From: a virus
DNA length: 64,000 nt
Strand: one strand, 5' to 3'
Virus record (IMG/VR): IMGVR_UViG_3300008448_000002
Coordinates: 1-64,000 of that record
Both the position numbers and the translations under genes were made by a program. Shown piece after piece: positions 10,300 through 20,111 of the stretch (position 1 is the stretch's first letter; the number at the start of each line of letters is the position of its first letter). The notes beneath the pieces are model-generated. The model was not told the DNA's origin. It ran no database searches and was given only the letters and a program-made list of their open reading frames with translations.

Positions 10300-10581
10300 T
10301 TATCCAAAAACAGTGTTACAACCTGTCATTACTCTGCTACCACAAGAAACAGGGTCGCCTATTCTTCCTACTTGTAAACCATTGGCAAATACAGTTGAGC
10401 TTCCTGCCGATAAATTACCAGCGTGACAATCACTCGATGAACAATGTACTGCCCATAAATCACCTTGACGATGTACTGCCCTACCTTCTACAAAAACATC
10501 GGGTGAACCTTGTATATTCTGCCTAGATGGATAAGAAGGATGTCCCGTACATAAATCCCCAAATCTCGTAATAGCGGTCAT
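10300..10581 (-). CDS. PAAR spike-tip protein (T4 gp5.4-like); start revised to 10581
   Basis: AITRFGDLCTGH, HRQGD...HC and GRIGDPVSCGS motifs; ATGA overlap with the upstream stop. Confidence 0.85.
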   Translation of the reverse strand: MTAITRFGDLCTGHPSYPSRQNIQGSPDVFVEGRAVHRQGDLWAVHCSSSDCHAGNLSAGSSTVFANGLQVGRIGDPVSCGSRVMTGCNTVFG

Positions 10582-11429
10582 ATGTTTAAGACTTTTCTTA
10601 ATGCTGGTGTAGCAATTTCTGCCAATAAACTTGCGGCGCAAGGGTCAGATGGTAAGAAACATAATAAATTACTCAGTCCCAATCTTCCCGCTTCTAGTAA
10701 GGCGGCGGCAAGTTTATCAACTTCATCTAATACCAAAGTCAATAGTTTTCCAACAGAGGCGGCAATAGCATCAATCTTATCAAACAACTCTCCGAGTAAT
10801 TCATCTTTTACTGTACTTGCTATTAACAATATAAGACTTTCTATTTGATTTTGTATCTTGGCAATAAAATTAGCACCTTTTCCTAGAATACTACCAAAAA
10901 AATCACCAAAGTTCAAACAAGGGTCAACTAAGTTGAATAATTTCGCCTGTAGTCCAGCACTTGCCTGTGCCAGTCCTATACATCCCGCCAAGTTTGCTAT
11001 TAGCATATTAGTATGAGTTTTAAAATTATTCAATACTTGTTCTGCCTGTGATAATTTTCCTAATATTTCTGGAAACTTTGCCGCCCATTCTTCAAAAAGA
11101 TTCTTATCATCATTACTTGGTGTATACGTTGGTATGCCACCAGCAGATACTTTTGGTCTACCTGCCGCTGCGATTTCATCAAATGTCTTTTGTAGAGAAC
11201 CCTTGGCGTTGTTAATACCTGTTATAGCATCATCAGTGGCACATTCTCTTGGATTATATATAGCACCTTCTGCCATATTTTTAGTAGGAAAGTTTCTAAC
11301 AATATTTCTATAATCTTCTAAAATATCATCTGATGGGTCAATCATAGATTTTCTGGTGTTCAATGAACAATCTGATAAACCTGGATTATATATTGCCGAT
11401 GCTAATGCGGCTAGATTTGGTCTTGCCAT
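10578..11429 (-). CDS. Hypothetical alpha-helical protein, probably structural
   Basis: 283 aa, translationally coupled to the PAAR gene. Confidence 0.6.
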   Translation of the reverse strand: MARPNLAALASAIYNPGLSDCSLNTRKSMIDPSDDILEDYRNIVRNFPTKNMAEGAIYNPRECATDDAITGINNAKGSLQKTFDEIAAAGRPKVSAGGIPTYTPSNDDKNLFEEWAAKFPEILGKLSQAEQVLNNFKTHTNMLIANLAGCIGLAQASAGLQAKLFNLVDPCLNFGDFFGSILGKGANFIAKIQNQIESLILLIASTVKDELLGELFDKIDAIAASVGKLLTLVLDEVDKLAAALLEAGRLGLSNLLCFLPSDPCAASLLAEIATPALRKVLNI

Positions 11430-11731
11430 TCTTTCTTCTCCACAAAGGTCACTTCATTGTTAAACACAAACTCGTCTTTTAAAGGATTTCCCTCTTCATC
11501 TTTTTTGCTATTCATCCAAATAGAATAATAGTATCCTTTTCTTGATTCTGGCAATTTACTAGTATCAAGCATAATGTGTTTTTCGCTTCTTATTGTAAGA
11601 TTTTCGTTAGATATAATAGTAAAGTTATCCTTTAAAATCAACTGATTAGTATTTAAATCAACACTGAATGTTGATGTTTCTATTTTACCAGTATATAATA
11701 GTTTAATTAGTTTTACAATTCTTTTAATCAT
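11411..11731 (-). CDS. Hypothetical protein (probable start 11731)
   Basis: Second Met overlaps the stop of the upstream ORF. Confidence 0.5.
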   Translation of the reverse strand: MIKRIVKLIKLLYTGKIETSTFSVDLNTNQLILKDNFTIISNENLTIRSEKHIMLDTSKLPESRKGYYYSIWMNSKKDEEGNPLKDEFVFNNEVTFVEKKEWQDQI

Positions 11732-12005
11732 TATCAAATACTTTTTTATTATATAATTCAACTACCTCATTAGAGGGTACTGTTGGTACAATAACTCTGT
11801 CAACTGGTATATTAATCGTGGTTGTTGGTAGAGCACCCTTTAACCAAGGAATTAAAATTGTATGGTCATCAACTATATTAACCATGAACGTATTTTTAAG
11901 TTGATAAAAATACTCTACCGTATCAATTGATTGACCAATAATTTCTTCGCCTGTTACTAGTTTAAGCAATATGATAGCATTGCTTTTTGGTTTTAAAACT
12001 AACAT
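11724..12005 (-). CDS. Small conserved phage protein, possible Sm-like fold
   Basis: LLKLVTGEEIIG motif resembles small T4-superfamily Sm-like ORFs (recalled). Confidence 0.45.
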   Translation of the reverse strand: MLVLKPKSNAIILLKLVTGEEIIGQSIDTVEYFYQLKNTFMVNIVDDHTILIPWLKGALPTTTINIPVDRVIVPTVPSNEVVELYNKKVFDND

Positions 12006-13010
12006 TTAAAAATCCTCATCAAACTTAACTTCACCAGAAACGCCTTTTTGATAGGCAACAACTGTTCTTTCAAAGAAGTTGGTGTTTTCCGCCATATCTT
12101 GTAGAATCATGAAGGGAAAAGGATTATTAGAATTGTATTTTTTATCCATACCCAATCTTACCAATCGTAAATCGGCAACATATTCAAGGTATTCCTTCAT
12201 TTCTGTCTTTGATAATCCAGCAATACCAAGTTCTAATACGTCTTCAGAAAATTGTAATTCTGCTTGTATGGCATCTTCTAACATGTCTAATATTTGTTGT
12301 TTAATGTCATCATCCCACAAATGAGGGTACTCTTGTTTAATCACATCAACTAATTCAAAGGCAAAGTTCATATGTCCCGTTTCATCGCGGAAAATCCAAT
12401 TTGTTATTGAACCAAGTCCATGAAGTAATCCTTTGCTTCTCAAATAATAAACATATGAAAATGCTCCAAAAAAGAACAATCCCTCGATGGCCGCCGCAAA
12501 AGTCACAACATTCATCAAAAATACCTTCTTTTGTTCATCGGTATCACATTTTTTAATTTTTGACATGGTTGCTATCCATTTAAAACAAAAGTCTGCCTTT
12601 GTTTTAATACTTGGAATAGTTTCAATAGCCTTAAACATTTCATTTTTTTCATTGTCATCGGATACATAATTATCTAGTAACAATAGATATGCTTCAATAT
12701 GCTGCATCTCTTCAAACAACTGTCTGCCATAATACATTCTTGCTTCTGGAGAATTAACATGTTTGTATAGAGATAATACGAGATTATTACCAACAATAGT
12801 ATCACCTGTGGCAAAAAATGCCACTAAGCGACTAATTACATGCTTTTCTGCTGGTGTTAATTTATCTCTTAAGTCTGCTATATCAGTAACAAAAGATACT
12901 TCGTCTACTGTCCATGTATTCTTAATGGCATCTTTGTAATGTTGAAAAAATGAAGGGTATTTCATTGGTCTTAGTGTTAATTCAAATCCTGGTTCTAAAA
13001 TGCCTGTCAT
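12006..13010 (-). CDS. nrdB: Ribonucleotide reductase class Ia beta subunit
   Basis: FFATGD, EEMQHIEAY (radical Tyr), IEGLFF and RDETGH di-iron motifs. Confidence 0.95.
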   Translation of the reverse strand: MTGILEPGFELTLRPMKYPSFFQHYKDAIKNTWTVDEVSFVTDIADLRDKLTPAEKHVISRLVAFFATGDTIVGNNLVLSLYKHVNSPEARMYYGRQLFEEMQHIEAYLLLLDNYVSDDNEKNEMFKAIETIPSIKTKADFCFKWIATMSKIKKCDTDEQKKVFLMNVVTFAAAIEGLFFFGAFSYVYYLRSKGLLHGLGSITNWIFRDETGHMNFAFELVDVIKQEYPHLWDDDIKQQILDMLEDAIQAELQFSEDVLELGIAGLSKTEMKEYLEYVADLRLVRLGMDKKYNSNNPFPFMILQDMAENTNFFERTVVAYQKGVSGEVKFDEDF

Positions 13011-13088
13011 TATTATTTCCTTTTTATATGTAAGTATATTTATTCTTTATATAATCCTATAATAACCCATTTTTATATAAAAATCTAT

Positions 13089-13520
13089 TTAAAAATATTG
13101 TATTTTATGTCTGAGGGGACGATTAATCATATTGTCCCATAAATTATCCCGCATATCTTTACTACAAAATATTTCATTACAAACTAAATCATCGGGAAAT
13201 GATTCTATATTAAAACAATGATTCATGACTAATTTGTCTATTTTATTATTTTTTCCAAAATTACTAATTTCCCCATAGTAAAATAAAGCAGATTGGGCAG
13301 AAAATCCATCAGGTGTCTTTCTTGCGCTAAAAATGGATATATTATTACAAGTAAAATTAGAATAATTTTCAAATATACTGTGGTATATGTATGAATTATC
13401 AAACTTTATATATCCATCTCGTATTAGCTCTGAATGTACACTTTTTCCATGCCAACCATAATCAAGATAGTTTTTTTTAAATATTTTATAATTTTTTTTC
13501 GACATTGTTATTGTATTCAT
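13089..13520 (-). CDS. Hypothetical protein with one FPDDL-V repeat-like motif
   Basis: 143 aa; C-terminal SFPDDLVCNEIFC resembles the LPDxLxV motif family. Confidence 0.55.
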   Translation of the reverse strand: MNTITMSKKNYKIFKKNYLDYGWHGKSVHSELIRDGYIKFDNSYIYHSIFENYSNFTCNNISIFSARKTPDGFSAQSALFYYGEISNFGKNNKIDKLVMNHCFNIESFPDDLVCNEIFCSKDMRDNLWDNMINRPLRHKIQYF

Positions 13521-13533
13521 AATTTTTCCTACA

Positions 13534-13716
13534 TTATTCTATTACTAACAAAGGTGTTGACAAAGGTCTGCCGCGACTATCACGAAGTCGGTCACTAAAA
13601 GCATACATTTTACTGCGCTCGCTCCATTTGAATAAATGTAATGTATCTTTGGTGTGTGATAAATCAACACTTTTAAATATATCATAGATAGATTGTTCGA
13701 GTATAGTAGTTTTCAT
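13534..13716 (-). CDS. Small hypothetical protein
   Basis: 60 aa, in a tightly packed ORF run. Confidence 0.5.
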   Translation of the reverse strand: MKTTILEQSIYDIFKSVDLSHTKDTLHLFKWSERSKMYAFSDRLRDSRGRPLSTPLLVIE

Positions 13717-13874
13717 AATACTTTTCCGTTAAGTATTACCTCGATAGAAAGTTTTTTATGTTTATGTGAAATTATTATTGTAAACCATCCCTCTTTTATA
13801 GAATGATTAAAGATAGTAACATCCTTTCTAAGTAAGGTTTTATAACATCTTGATTTAATACATAATTTTTTCAT
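13713..13874 (-). CDS. Small hypothetical protein (53 aa, below track cutoff)
   Basis: MKKLCIKSRCY...VILNGKVL; ATGA overlaps at both ends. Confidence 0.5.
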   Translation of the reverse strand: MKKLCIKSRCYKTLLRKDVTIFNHSIKEGWFTIIISHKHKKLSIEVILNGKVL

Positions 13875-14053
13875 AAGATTTTATATGGTATATCGAACGA
13901 AAAACACTTTTCCATTGTTTGATATTCCCAAATATCAAGATATCCTTCCTTCAAAAATAATTTTGGAAACCTTGGATATGTTTGAACACTCCTTAACCTT
14001 TGATATCGTTTATTTGTAATGCCAATTATTATCATAAATATAAACCGTTTCAA
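13871..14053 (-). CDS. Small hypothetical protein
   Basis: 60 aa; start uncertain. Confidence 0.4.
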   Translation of the reverse strand: MKRFIFMIIIGITNKRYQRLRSVQTYPRFPKLFLKEGYLDIWEYQTMEKCFSFDIPYKIL

Positions 14054-14170
14054 AATGGCGACAAGAAATCTTTAAAAATGTACTCTTCTCGTTATGTATA
14101 GATAAAATATAACAATTATCTGGGTTATACCCTCCAATAGAAAGTTTATTATAGTTGATAAATGATAAAT

Positions 14171-14353
14171 TTAAAGTGACCATAAAATCCTACTGCGAAT
14201 GAGAACTGGCATAGAATAACTAAATATAACCTCAAAGAAAATATTATCGTTTAAAGAGTTTAGAGAAGATTTACATGGATTTAAACAATCATTAAAGTAG
14301 TTCGTATCTAATAATATAGTATATTCTTCCTCTGTCATTCCAAATACTATCAT
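14171..14353 (-). CDS. Small hypothetical protein
   Basis: MIVFGMTEEEY; similar N-terminus to the short ORF starting at 14677 (MKIFGITKEDY). Confidence 0.5.
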   Translation of the reverse strand: MIVFGMTEEEYTILLDTNYFNDCLNPCKSSLNSLNDNIFFEVIFSYSMPVLIRSRILWSL

Positions 14354-14683
14354 AGAATATGTCCATAAATAAGTCCTTGATGGCTGTATGCCGAATCAAT
14401 ATAAGAATATGTCATGGTAAAGTTTAATTTTCCATATGATATTCTAAAAACATAAATATTCTCATATTTCAATAATTTATAATTTTCATTATTTATTCCC
14501 AAGGTTTTCATAGAAGAATCGTGCTACCAGTTGTTACTGGCCACTTACAATATTTACAACTAACTAGTAAATAAATACTATGATTTGATGATTTTAACTG
14601 TGAATAACAACTATCTTTACAATTTTCATCACATTGTCGCTTTGATAAGTCATAATAATCTTCTTTTGTTATTCCAAATATTT

Positions 14684-14884
14684 TCATATTATATTATAAT
14701 ACCAAAATGATATTTCCTTTCCTTCTTTACTTATCGCCATCAAATCCAATGAATAATTGCGTTTAACCGCCTTACGAATATAATATCTCATTCTTGTCAT
14801 GTCAACTGTTTTCAGTTGTTCATAAACTTGAATGGGCGTTGCTTTAGTATCGGGGCTGCTATCATCAATCATCAAAGTTTTCAT
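14684..14884 (-). CDS. Small hypothetical protein
   Basis: 66 aa, overlapping its neighbour. Confidence 0.5.
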   Translation of the reverse strand: MKTLMIDDSSPDTKATPIQVYEQLKTVDMTRMRYYIRKAVKRNYSLDLMAISKEGKEISFWYYNII

Positions 14885-15107
14885 AATCTTCTAGTACCTC
14901 ATCAATGGTAATAATTTCTTTCAGCCCCACTCCGTTTTGATTAAAACAATGTATTGTGATACCATCTGTTGTAAAAACTCGTATTACATCATTACCATCA
15001 GGAATTATTCTTTTTAGATTTTCAAAAGTATCACCTATATAAGTATGAGTATTTTTCCCAACATCATTCCAAAGGTCACATGTTTTATTAATGATTAAAG
15101 TTTTCAT
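14865..15107 (-). CDS. Small hypothetical protein
   Basis: 80 aa, ATGA coupling. Confidence 0.55.
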   Translation of the reverse strand: MKTLIINKTCDLWNDVGKNTHTYIGDTFENLKRIIPDGNDVIRVFTTDGITIHCFNQNGVGLKEIITIDEVLEDYENFDD

Positions 15108-15313
15108 ATTAGTTTTCCCTTAATATAAACAGTATCAAAGTCTATAAAAGTATCGTTTCCCCATGTACATTTAAATAGCATATATGTATTGTCCTTATCA
15201 GCAAATGTATGTACATCCGAAGTATACAAGGAATACATGACCGCATAACAATAGTCAATATCCATTTCAATTAACTTGTTATATTCATCAACGGTTGTAG
15301 TAAAACATCTCAT
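15104..15313 (-). CDS. Small hypothetical protein, paralog of 15329..15550
   Basis: FTTTVDEYNKL...DTVYIKGKLI versus FTTTIDEFNRL...DTIFVDGKLL. Confidence 0.6.
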   Translation of the reverse strand: MRCFTTTVDEYNKLIEMDIDYCYAVMYSLYTSDVHTFADKDNTYMLFKCTWGNDTFIDFDTVYIKGKLI

Positions 15314-15328
15314 TTTAAATCACTGTTT

Positions 15329-15550
15329 TCATAATAATTTTCCGTCAACAAATATTGTATCGTGGTCCATCCAAACCCCATCAGAAATAAATTTGTAACG
15401 CATTACCATAAATGTGTCATTTTTATTTTCGGACTGTATTTCATAGTCTCTCCAGTCTTTCTTCATTAAATAACAAGAAACCCGATGATGTATCATGTTT
15501 ATTTCTTTTAAACGATTAAATTCATCAATAGTTGTAGTAAATATCTTCAT
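15329..15550 (-). CDS. Small hypothetical protein (start revised to MKIFTTT)
   Basis: ATG immediately after the polymerase stop; paralog of the next gene. Confidence 0.6.
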   Translation of the reverse strand: MKIFTTTIDEFNRLKEINMIHHRVSCYLMKKDWRDYEIQSENKNDTFMVMRYKFISDGVWMDHDTIFVDGKLL

Positions 15551-15551
15551 T

Positions 15552-16601
15552 TTAAAACTCAAATAAACTTTCAAAAATAGCAGTTTCTTTAGTAAGGTTT
15601 AAATCCCAATTTAATACACCTATCATATTTTCTAGTTTATCGTCAATGACTTTTTCCTCCATTGTAGAATCATCAAACGGCATATCTTTAAACCATTCTG
15701 GCAAATGCGGTTCATCAATAGGATACGCAATACTATTGATGCCATATGTATTGGGTTTCAATTTACAAACAATAATCTTCTGTCCATCACCGATATCCAT
15801 TGAATAGTTATCATGAAATACTTTTTTCATCATATTCCAATTAATACTTGCTTGTACCTGCCATGGTATTGTAAATCCCTTCGGTTTAAATCCTTTTTTT
15901 GTATTTTCTTCTATTTTTTGTGCGTAGACAGTCAACCCATTAACTTTTTTCGGTGAGCCTTTTTCCCATCCTGGTCTGCTTTTAAACTCTCTTCTAAAAT
16001 GTTTAATATAATCAATAATATCTTCAATGGGAGAATCCTTCAATACTTCCATTAAAACATGCTTAAGAAAGTCTTGTATAACTTTAGGAGTGTCGCTGCG
16101 CTTTAAATCAATACCCATTGCTTTTAATGAGCCAACCCCATTAGAATCTTGTCTGATGCCTTCCTTATCATATACAAGCATGGCATATCGCTTCTTCTTA
16201 ATGAATAATGCTCTACTTGCTATATTTTCTCTTGAACATTTAATAATTGATGCCTCTTGTTCGGAGCAGTTAAATGTTTTAATCATGAAGTCTTTAAAAC
16301 TATCACTTACTCTATTGGCAACACCATCATATAATTCAATGATTGTTTCTTTATCATCTAGCAAATGTTTATCTTCTTCACTTAATGCTGGTGCTATTGA
16401 GAAAATACAACTATCAGTATCAGAATAAATATTAACCTTTGAATTATGATTATATTCTCCGATTAATTCGTAAGATAGTTGGCTATTCATATGTTTGGCA
16501 ATGCTTCTACCTGTCAATGTAACTGATTGTCCTATTCTTTGGTCAAAGAATCTACAAAACTCATTGAGTAGAGCACCATAAAGGCTGTTAAGTAAGATTT
16601 T
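15552..16601 (-). CDS. gp43: Family B DNA polymerase C-terminal subunit (gp43B), exon 2
   Basis: KILLNSLYGA (motif B), YSDTDS (motif C), KKRYA, LKAMG; the first 11 aa of the track ORF are intron sequence. Confidence 0.9.
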   Translation of the reverse strand, partial: KILLNSLYGALLNEFCRFFDQRIGQSVTLTGRSIAKHMNSQLSYELIGEYNHNSKVNIYSDTDSCIFSIAPALSEEDKHLLDDKETIIELYDGVANRVSDSFKDFMIKTFNCSEQEASIIKCSRENIASRALFIKKKRYAMLVYDKEGIRQDSNGVGSLKAMGIDLKRSDTPKVIQDFLKHVLMEVLKDSPIEDIIDYIKHFRREFKSRPGWEKGSPKKVNGLTVYAQKIEENTKKGFKPKGFTIPWQVQASINWNMMKKVFHDNYSMDIGDGQKIIVCKLKPNTYGINSIAYPIDEPHLPEWFKDMPFDDSTMEEKVIDDKLENMIGVLNWDLNLTKETAIFESLFEF

Positions 16602-16870
16602 CGTTTTTTGTTCGCATGAGGTCGTTAATCTCATACCGTTCTTTAAAAGAACTGCTTATATTTACATATAAGACCAGACTATATCACAATCCTTTTTTTT
16701 AAAGGATTCCACCCATTTCGCCTCACTTGAGGCTACGAGATTTCTCTCTAGTCGTTGAACCTTCCTTGAATATCAAGGCTTGGCTGCTGATTGTCCTTTT
16801 TTGAGGAGTTTCCAGCAATTAAAGTGGTTATTCAGTGAACATTGCTATTCAAGGTCGCTGCTAATTCTTA
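16602..16870 (-). ncRNA. Group I intron (IA2-like), 269 nt, no internal ORF
   Basis: Core elements AAUUGCUGG, AAUCAGCAG, GUUCAACGACUA and GAUAUAGUC; 5' exon ends in U pairing with GCGA (P1); terminal G; intron UAAGAAUU pairs with the 3' exon (P10); splicing restores FWDGRQHTR|KILLNSLYG. Confidence 0.93.
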
Positions 16871-17047
16871 ACGAGTGTGTTGTCTTCCATCCCAGAATGA
16901 TGCCTCTTTGTAATACGTTTCTGTATTACTTGGAACAATTTTATCATCCTTTAATATGAGATTGTGTTCTTTCATATATACAGATAAACCAGAAGCATCA
17001 CTATTAGAGACAAATTCTTGTATTTTATCTCTTGAGTATATTGTCAT
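16871..17047 (-). CDS. gp43: gp43B exon 1 (59 codons; not in ORF track)
   Basis: MTIYSRDKIQ...YYKEASFWDGRQHTR with AAGGAG 9 nt upstream; spliced product is 408 aa. Confidence 0.85.
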
Positions 17048-17062
17048 TCATTTAAACTCCTT

Positions 17063-17070
17063 TATAAATA
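17063..17070 (+). promoter_or_regulatory. T4-type late promoter for the endonuclease gene
   Basis: TATAAATA followed by AGGAG and ATG at 17088. Confidence 0.75.
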
Positions 17071-17087
17071 CAATACAGGAGAATGAT

Positions 17088-18095
17088 ATGAGTAGTCAAG
17101 TAGAAAATATAGATTTTGTAAAATGTAAGATATGTAATAAAGAATTAAAAGAATTAAATTATCATATGAAAAAATGCCATTCAATATCATGTGATGAATA
17201 CATCATACGGTATCCAAATTCTCTAATTATATGTAAGGCTAGTTCAGAAAGTAAATCAAAAAAAGTAAAAGAAAACTATGATTACAAAAGAGAAAACAAT
17301 ATTTCTTTAAGCCCATCAACCGAAACGCGACTTAAAATAGCAGAAAAATCAAGAGAACTCCATCAGAGAAAAAAAGCGGAAGATTATGATGGATATATGC
17401 GGAGACAGGCAACCAATGCTGAAAAAGCGAGGCTCGCAAAAGGTGATAATTTCAAGCATTCCCAAGAGACACTTGAAAAAATGAAGGGACCCAGATTACA
17501 GTGTAGAGGCATTCCCAAAAGCGAAGAGACTAAAGAAAAATTGTCTAATAGTAAGAAAGGTAAAAAAACACGCCCACATACAGAAGAAACTATCGGCAAA
17601 ATGAAAGAGAGTTGGTTAAGAAGAAAAGAAAATAAAGAAGAATATGCCATATATACAAAAACTTTGTCCGATAATATGAGTAAAAATATAAAAAACGGAA
17701 AGATAACAAGACCCAATTCACATATCCCCACCAGATGGGAAACTTGGTATATGGATTTTTGTAATAAAAACAGAATACAGTACAAGTATCACTATATACT
17801 GGAGGGTAAAGAGTTTGATTTTTATTTACCAGAATACAATACCTTAATAGAGTTAGACAATGAATACTATCATTCATTAACAGTATCCATTAAAAACGAT
17901 GAAACAAAAAACAAAATAGCAGAAAACAATGATATTAAATTAATAAGAATATCATCAGATGATTGTAAATCTAAGAGTAAATCTTTTGAACATTTTGAAC
18001 AAATGTTGAAATTGGGTAAGGATGATGCCGCAATGTTGTGTGAACATCTAGTAGAAAAAAGAAAAATAGTTAATAAAGAAAAAAATCTAAAGTAA
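17088..18095 (+). mobile_element. Free-standing homing-endonuclease-like gene (Zn-binding N-terminus, NUMOD3 repeats, Vsr/DUF559-like nuclease); start revised to 17088
   Basis: CKIC..H..KCH; HSQETLEKMK, KSEETKEKLS and HTEETIGKMK; DFYLPEYNTLIELDNEYYH. Antisense between gp43A and gp43B. Confidence 0.8.
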
Positions 18096-19730
18096 ACCTT
18101 TAAGTTTATTTAAAAAATCATTATTCTCAATCTTTACTCCACTTGCCAATTTATAATACTCTTCACTTTTCGCCTTCATAATCTTTCGTTCGCTATACCA
18201 TTTTTCTAATAGTCCTGGTATAATGGCTTTTTTATCTTTTCTGAATATTGTTCCATTTGCGCTAATGAGATATTTACTATCTTCTTTAAATATCATGACA
18301 TATAACTCTTTGGCAGTACACATAGATGCCGTGCCATCTTCAAAATCAATAGTTATGTTTTCATCACTTTGTTTTAATAACTCTTCAAACTCAAGAGTAC
18401 AAAACAATCCTTCCCATGTATCGGTCTTTTTCCAACCTTCTCTTAACCGTTTGCTTAATAGACTATCGGTTTTCTCTGGTCTAATATGTCCAAAAAGGGT
18501 TTCTGGTCCCATATTCAATGCCCTAATGACACTTGGATATAGTGAGTTAATATCAATGCTTCCTACTTGTTGATGTATTCCAACTTTAGGATTAGCGACA
18601 TATGCTCCAACGGCGGGAGTGATTTCTATGTCTTCATTTTCTTCGAGTTGTTTTTTCCTATCAGGTACTTTTAAACCTTTGTCATGCGCCTCTTGGATGA
18701 TTGCCTGTTCAACTAATAATACACTGCCCATTGTTGTAGGTAATAATACCCCGTTATAATGGGCAATCTGATTAGCCAATTCAATAAACTTCTTTTTCTT
18801 ATCAATTTTATATAATAGTAACGTATCTTGTCTGTTATAATCTATAAACTTTTTAAAATCATTTTTATATAATTGGTCAAGTGTTCCTTCGTATGGTGTT
18901 TTATTGTCACCTACTTCAATCTCCGCCACATAATCTAATTTATAGCTTTGTAATTCTTGCCCATTATGTTTCTTATATAGTTGTAGATAATCGAGATGTA
19001 TTCTACCCATGAGTTCATATGTTTTTCTTATCTTTCCAAACTCATTATATTCCTTTTCCTTTGGGTTCATGTTCCATAGACATAATCTTTTTGCGAATGA
19101 ATCACCTAATAGTAACTTTATTCGGTTAATGATATAGGGAATATCGAAGCCTTTACTGTTCCATCCTGATAATACATCAATATCATAGATTAATTTTAAA
19201 AACTTTTTTAATAATTCTTTTTCATCCGAGTAAACTATTGTATTTTGGAAATCAGAACACAAGTTGACTGCCTCATCCTTTGTTAAGGTTGGCGGAACTA
19301 ATGCCAATGTATGTAAAATGTTGGTTGATGAATCATACAGACTTATTGCCGTGATAGGAGCAAAAGTATCCCACGGGTCGGCATACCCCTTCTCAGGGTC
19401 AAAGTCTGTCTCAATATCGAAAAATCCAATATTTAGTGTTGGAGTGTCGCACCCCCTGTAGTTTTCTTCTAAACATTTGAAAATAGGATTAATATCACTT
19501 TCAAATATTCTTTCATTTTCAAAGTCTTGTAGCTTTTCCTTAAAGTCAAAATTGTCTTTTGCTATGTATTTGTCTAGCTTATCACCGAAAATAGATGTAA
19601 ACTTACCATTTTTTGCTGGATGATAGAATGAATACTCTAGCGGATACTCAACGTATTTTCTATCCTTGTTAATTCGTTCAACAACTTTTACTAATGATTC
19701 TTTTCTGTCTAGGATAGCGTCTACGAACAT
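18087..19730 (-). CDS. gp43: Family B DNA polymerase N-terminal subunit (gp43A): 3'-5' exonuclease + motif A
   Basis: FFDIETD (ExoI), GWNSKGFDIPY (ExoII), YNRQD (ExoIII), SIDINSLYPS (motif A); ends in the fingers region. Confidence 0.92.
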   Translation of the reverse strand: MFVDAILDRKESLVKVVERINKDRKYVEYPLEYSFYHPAKNGKFTSIFGDKLDKYIAKDNFDFKEKLQDFENERIFESDINPIFKCLEENYRGCDTPTLNIGFFDIETDFDPEKGYADPWDTFAPITAISLYDSSTNILHTLALVPPTLTKDEAVNLCSDFQNTIVYSDEKELLKKFLKLIYDIDVLSGWNSKGFDIPYIINRIKLLLGDSFAKRLCLWNMNPKEKEYNEFGKIRKTYELMGRIHLDYLQLYKKHNGQELQSYKLDYVAEIEVGDNKTPYEGTLDQLYKNDFKKFIDYNRQDTLLLYKIDKKKKFIELANQIAHYNGVLLPTTMGSVLLVEQAIIQEAHDKGLKVPDRKKQLEENEDIEITPAVGAYVANPKVGIHQQVGSIDINSLYPSVIRALNMGPETLFGHIRPEKTDSLLSKRLREGWKKTDTWEGLFCTLEFEELLKQSDENITIDFEDGTASMCTAKELYVMIFKEDSKYLISANGTIFRKDKKAIIPGLLEKWYSERKIMKAKSEEYYKLASGVKIENNDFLNKLKGLL

Positions 19731-20111
19731 TTAAATCGCCTCTCTAGGTAAGCTGTCTAATGGTTTTACAATAAGATGTTTTGGATAGTAATCAAGATTA
19801 TCTGCCCATACTATCCAATTAACAATTAGTGTATCTGGAAGTTTTTTTATAGTTGACTTATAAATGAATAAATCCGATGTAAATGTTACATTTTGTAAAT
19901 TTTGTTCAGTAATATCCATATCATCTTTTATAAAAAATACAACATCGCATACCCTTCTGTCTATGGACTGATTAATTATATACTTTATTGGTACGAGATG
20001 GGCAGTATTATATAGTGACATAAAAAAATCATTTATTTCTAAATCATGTTCTATAATTGGGCAACTATTAAGAATATCATAATCAGATTGTTTAACATAA
20101 AAGTTTTTCAT
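19731..20111 (-). CDS. Hypothetical protein, paralog 1 of 3
   Basis: LQNVTF...IKKLPDTLIV...VWADNLDYYPKHL. Confidence 0.7.
   Translation of the reverse strand: MKNFYVKQSDYDILNSCPIIEHDLEINDFFMSLYNTAHLVPIKYIINQSIDRRVCDVVFFIKDDMDITEQNLQNVTFTSDLFIYKSTIKKLPDTLIVNWIVWADNLDYYPKHLIVKPLDSLPREAI

Noticed and set aside
16602-16634. N-terminus MRLTTSCEQKT of track ORF 15552..16634
   Set aside because: It is intron P9 sequence; the upstream exon supplies the conserved WDxRQ segment.
17048-18086. Second intron joining gp43A and gp43B into one chain
   Set aside because: No group I or II core is visible, gp43B has its own RBS and ATG, and gp43A has a normal stop.
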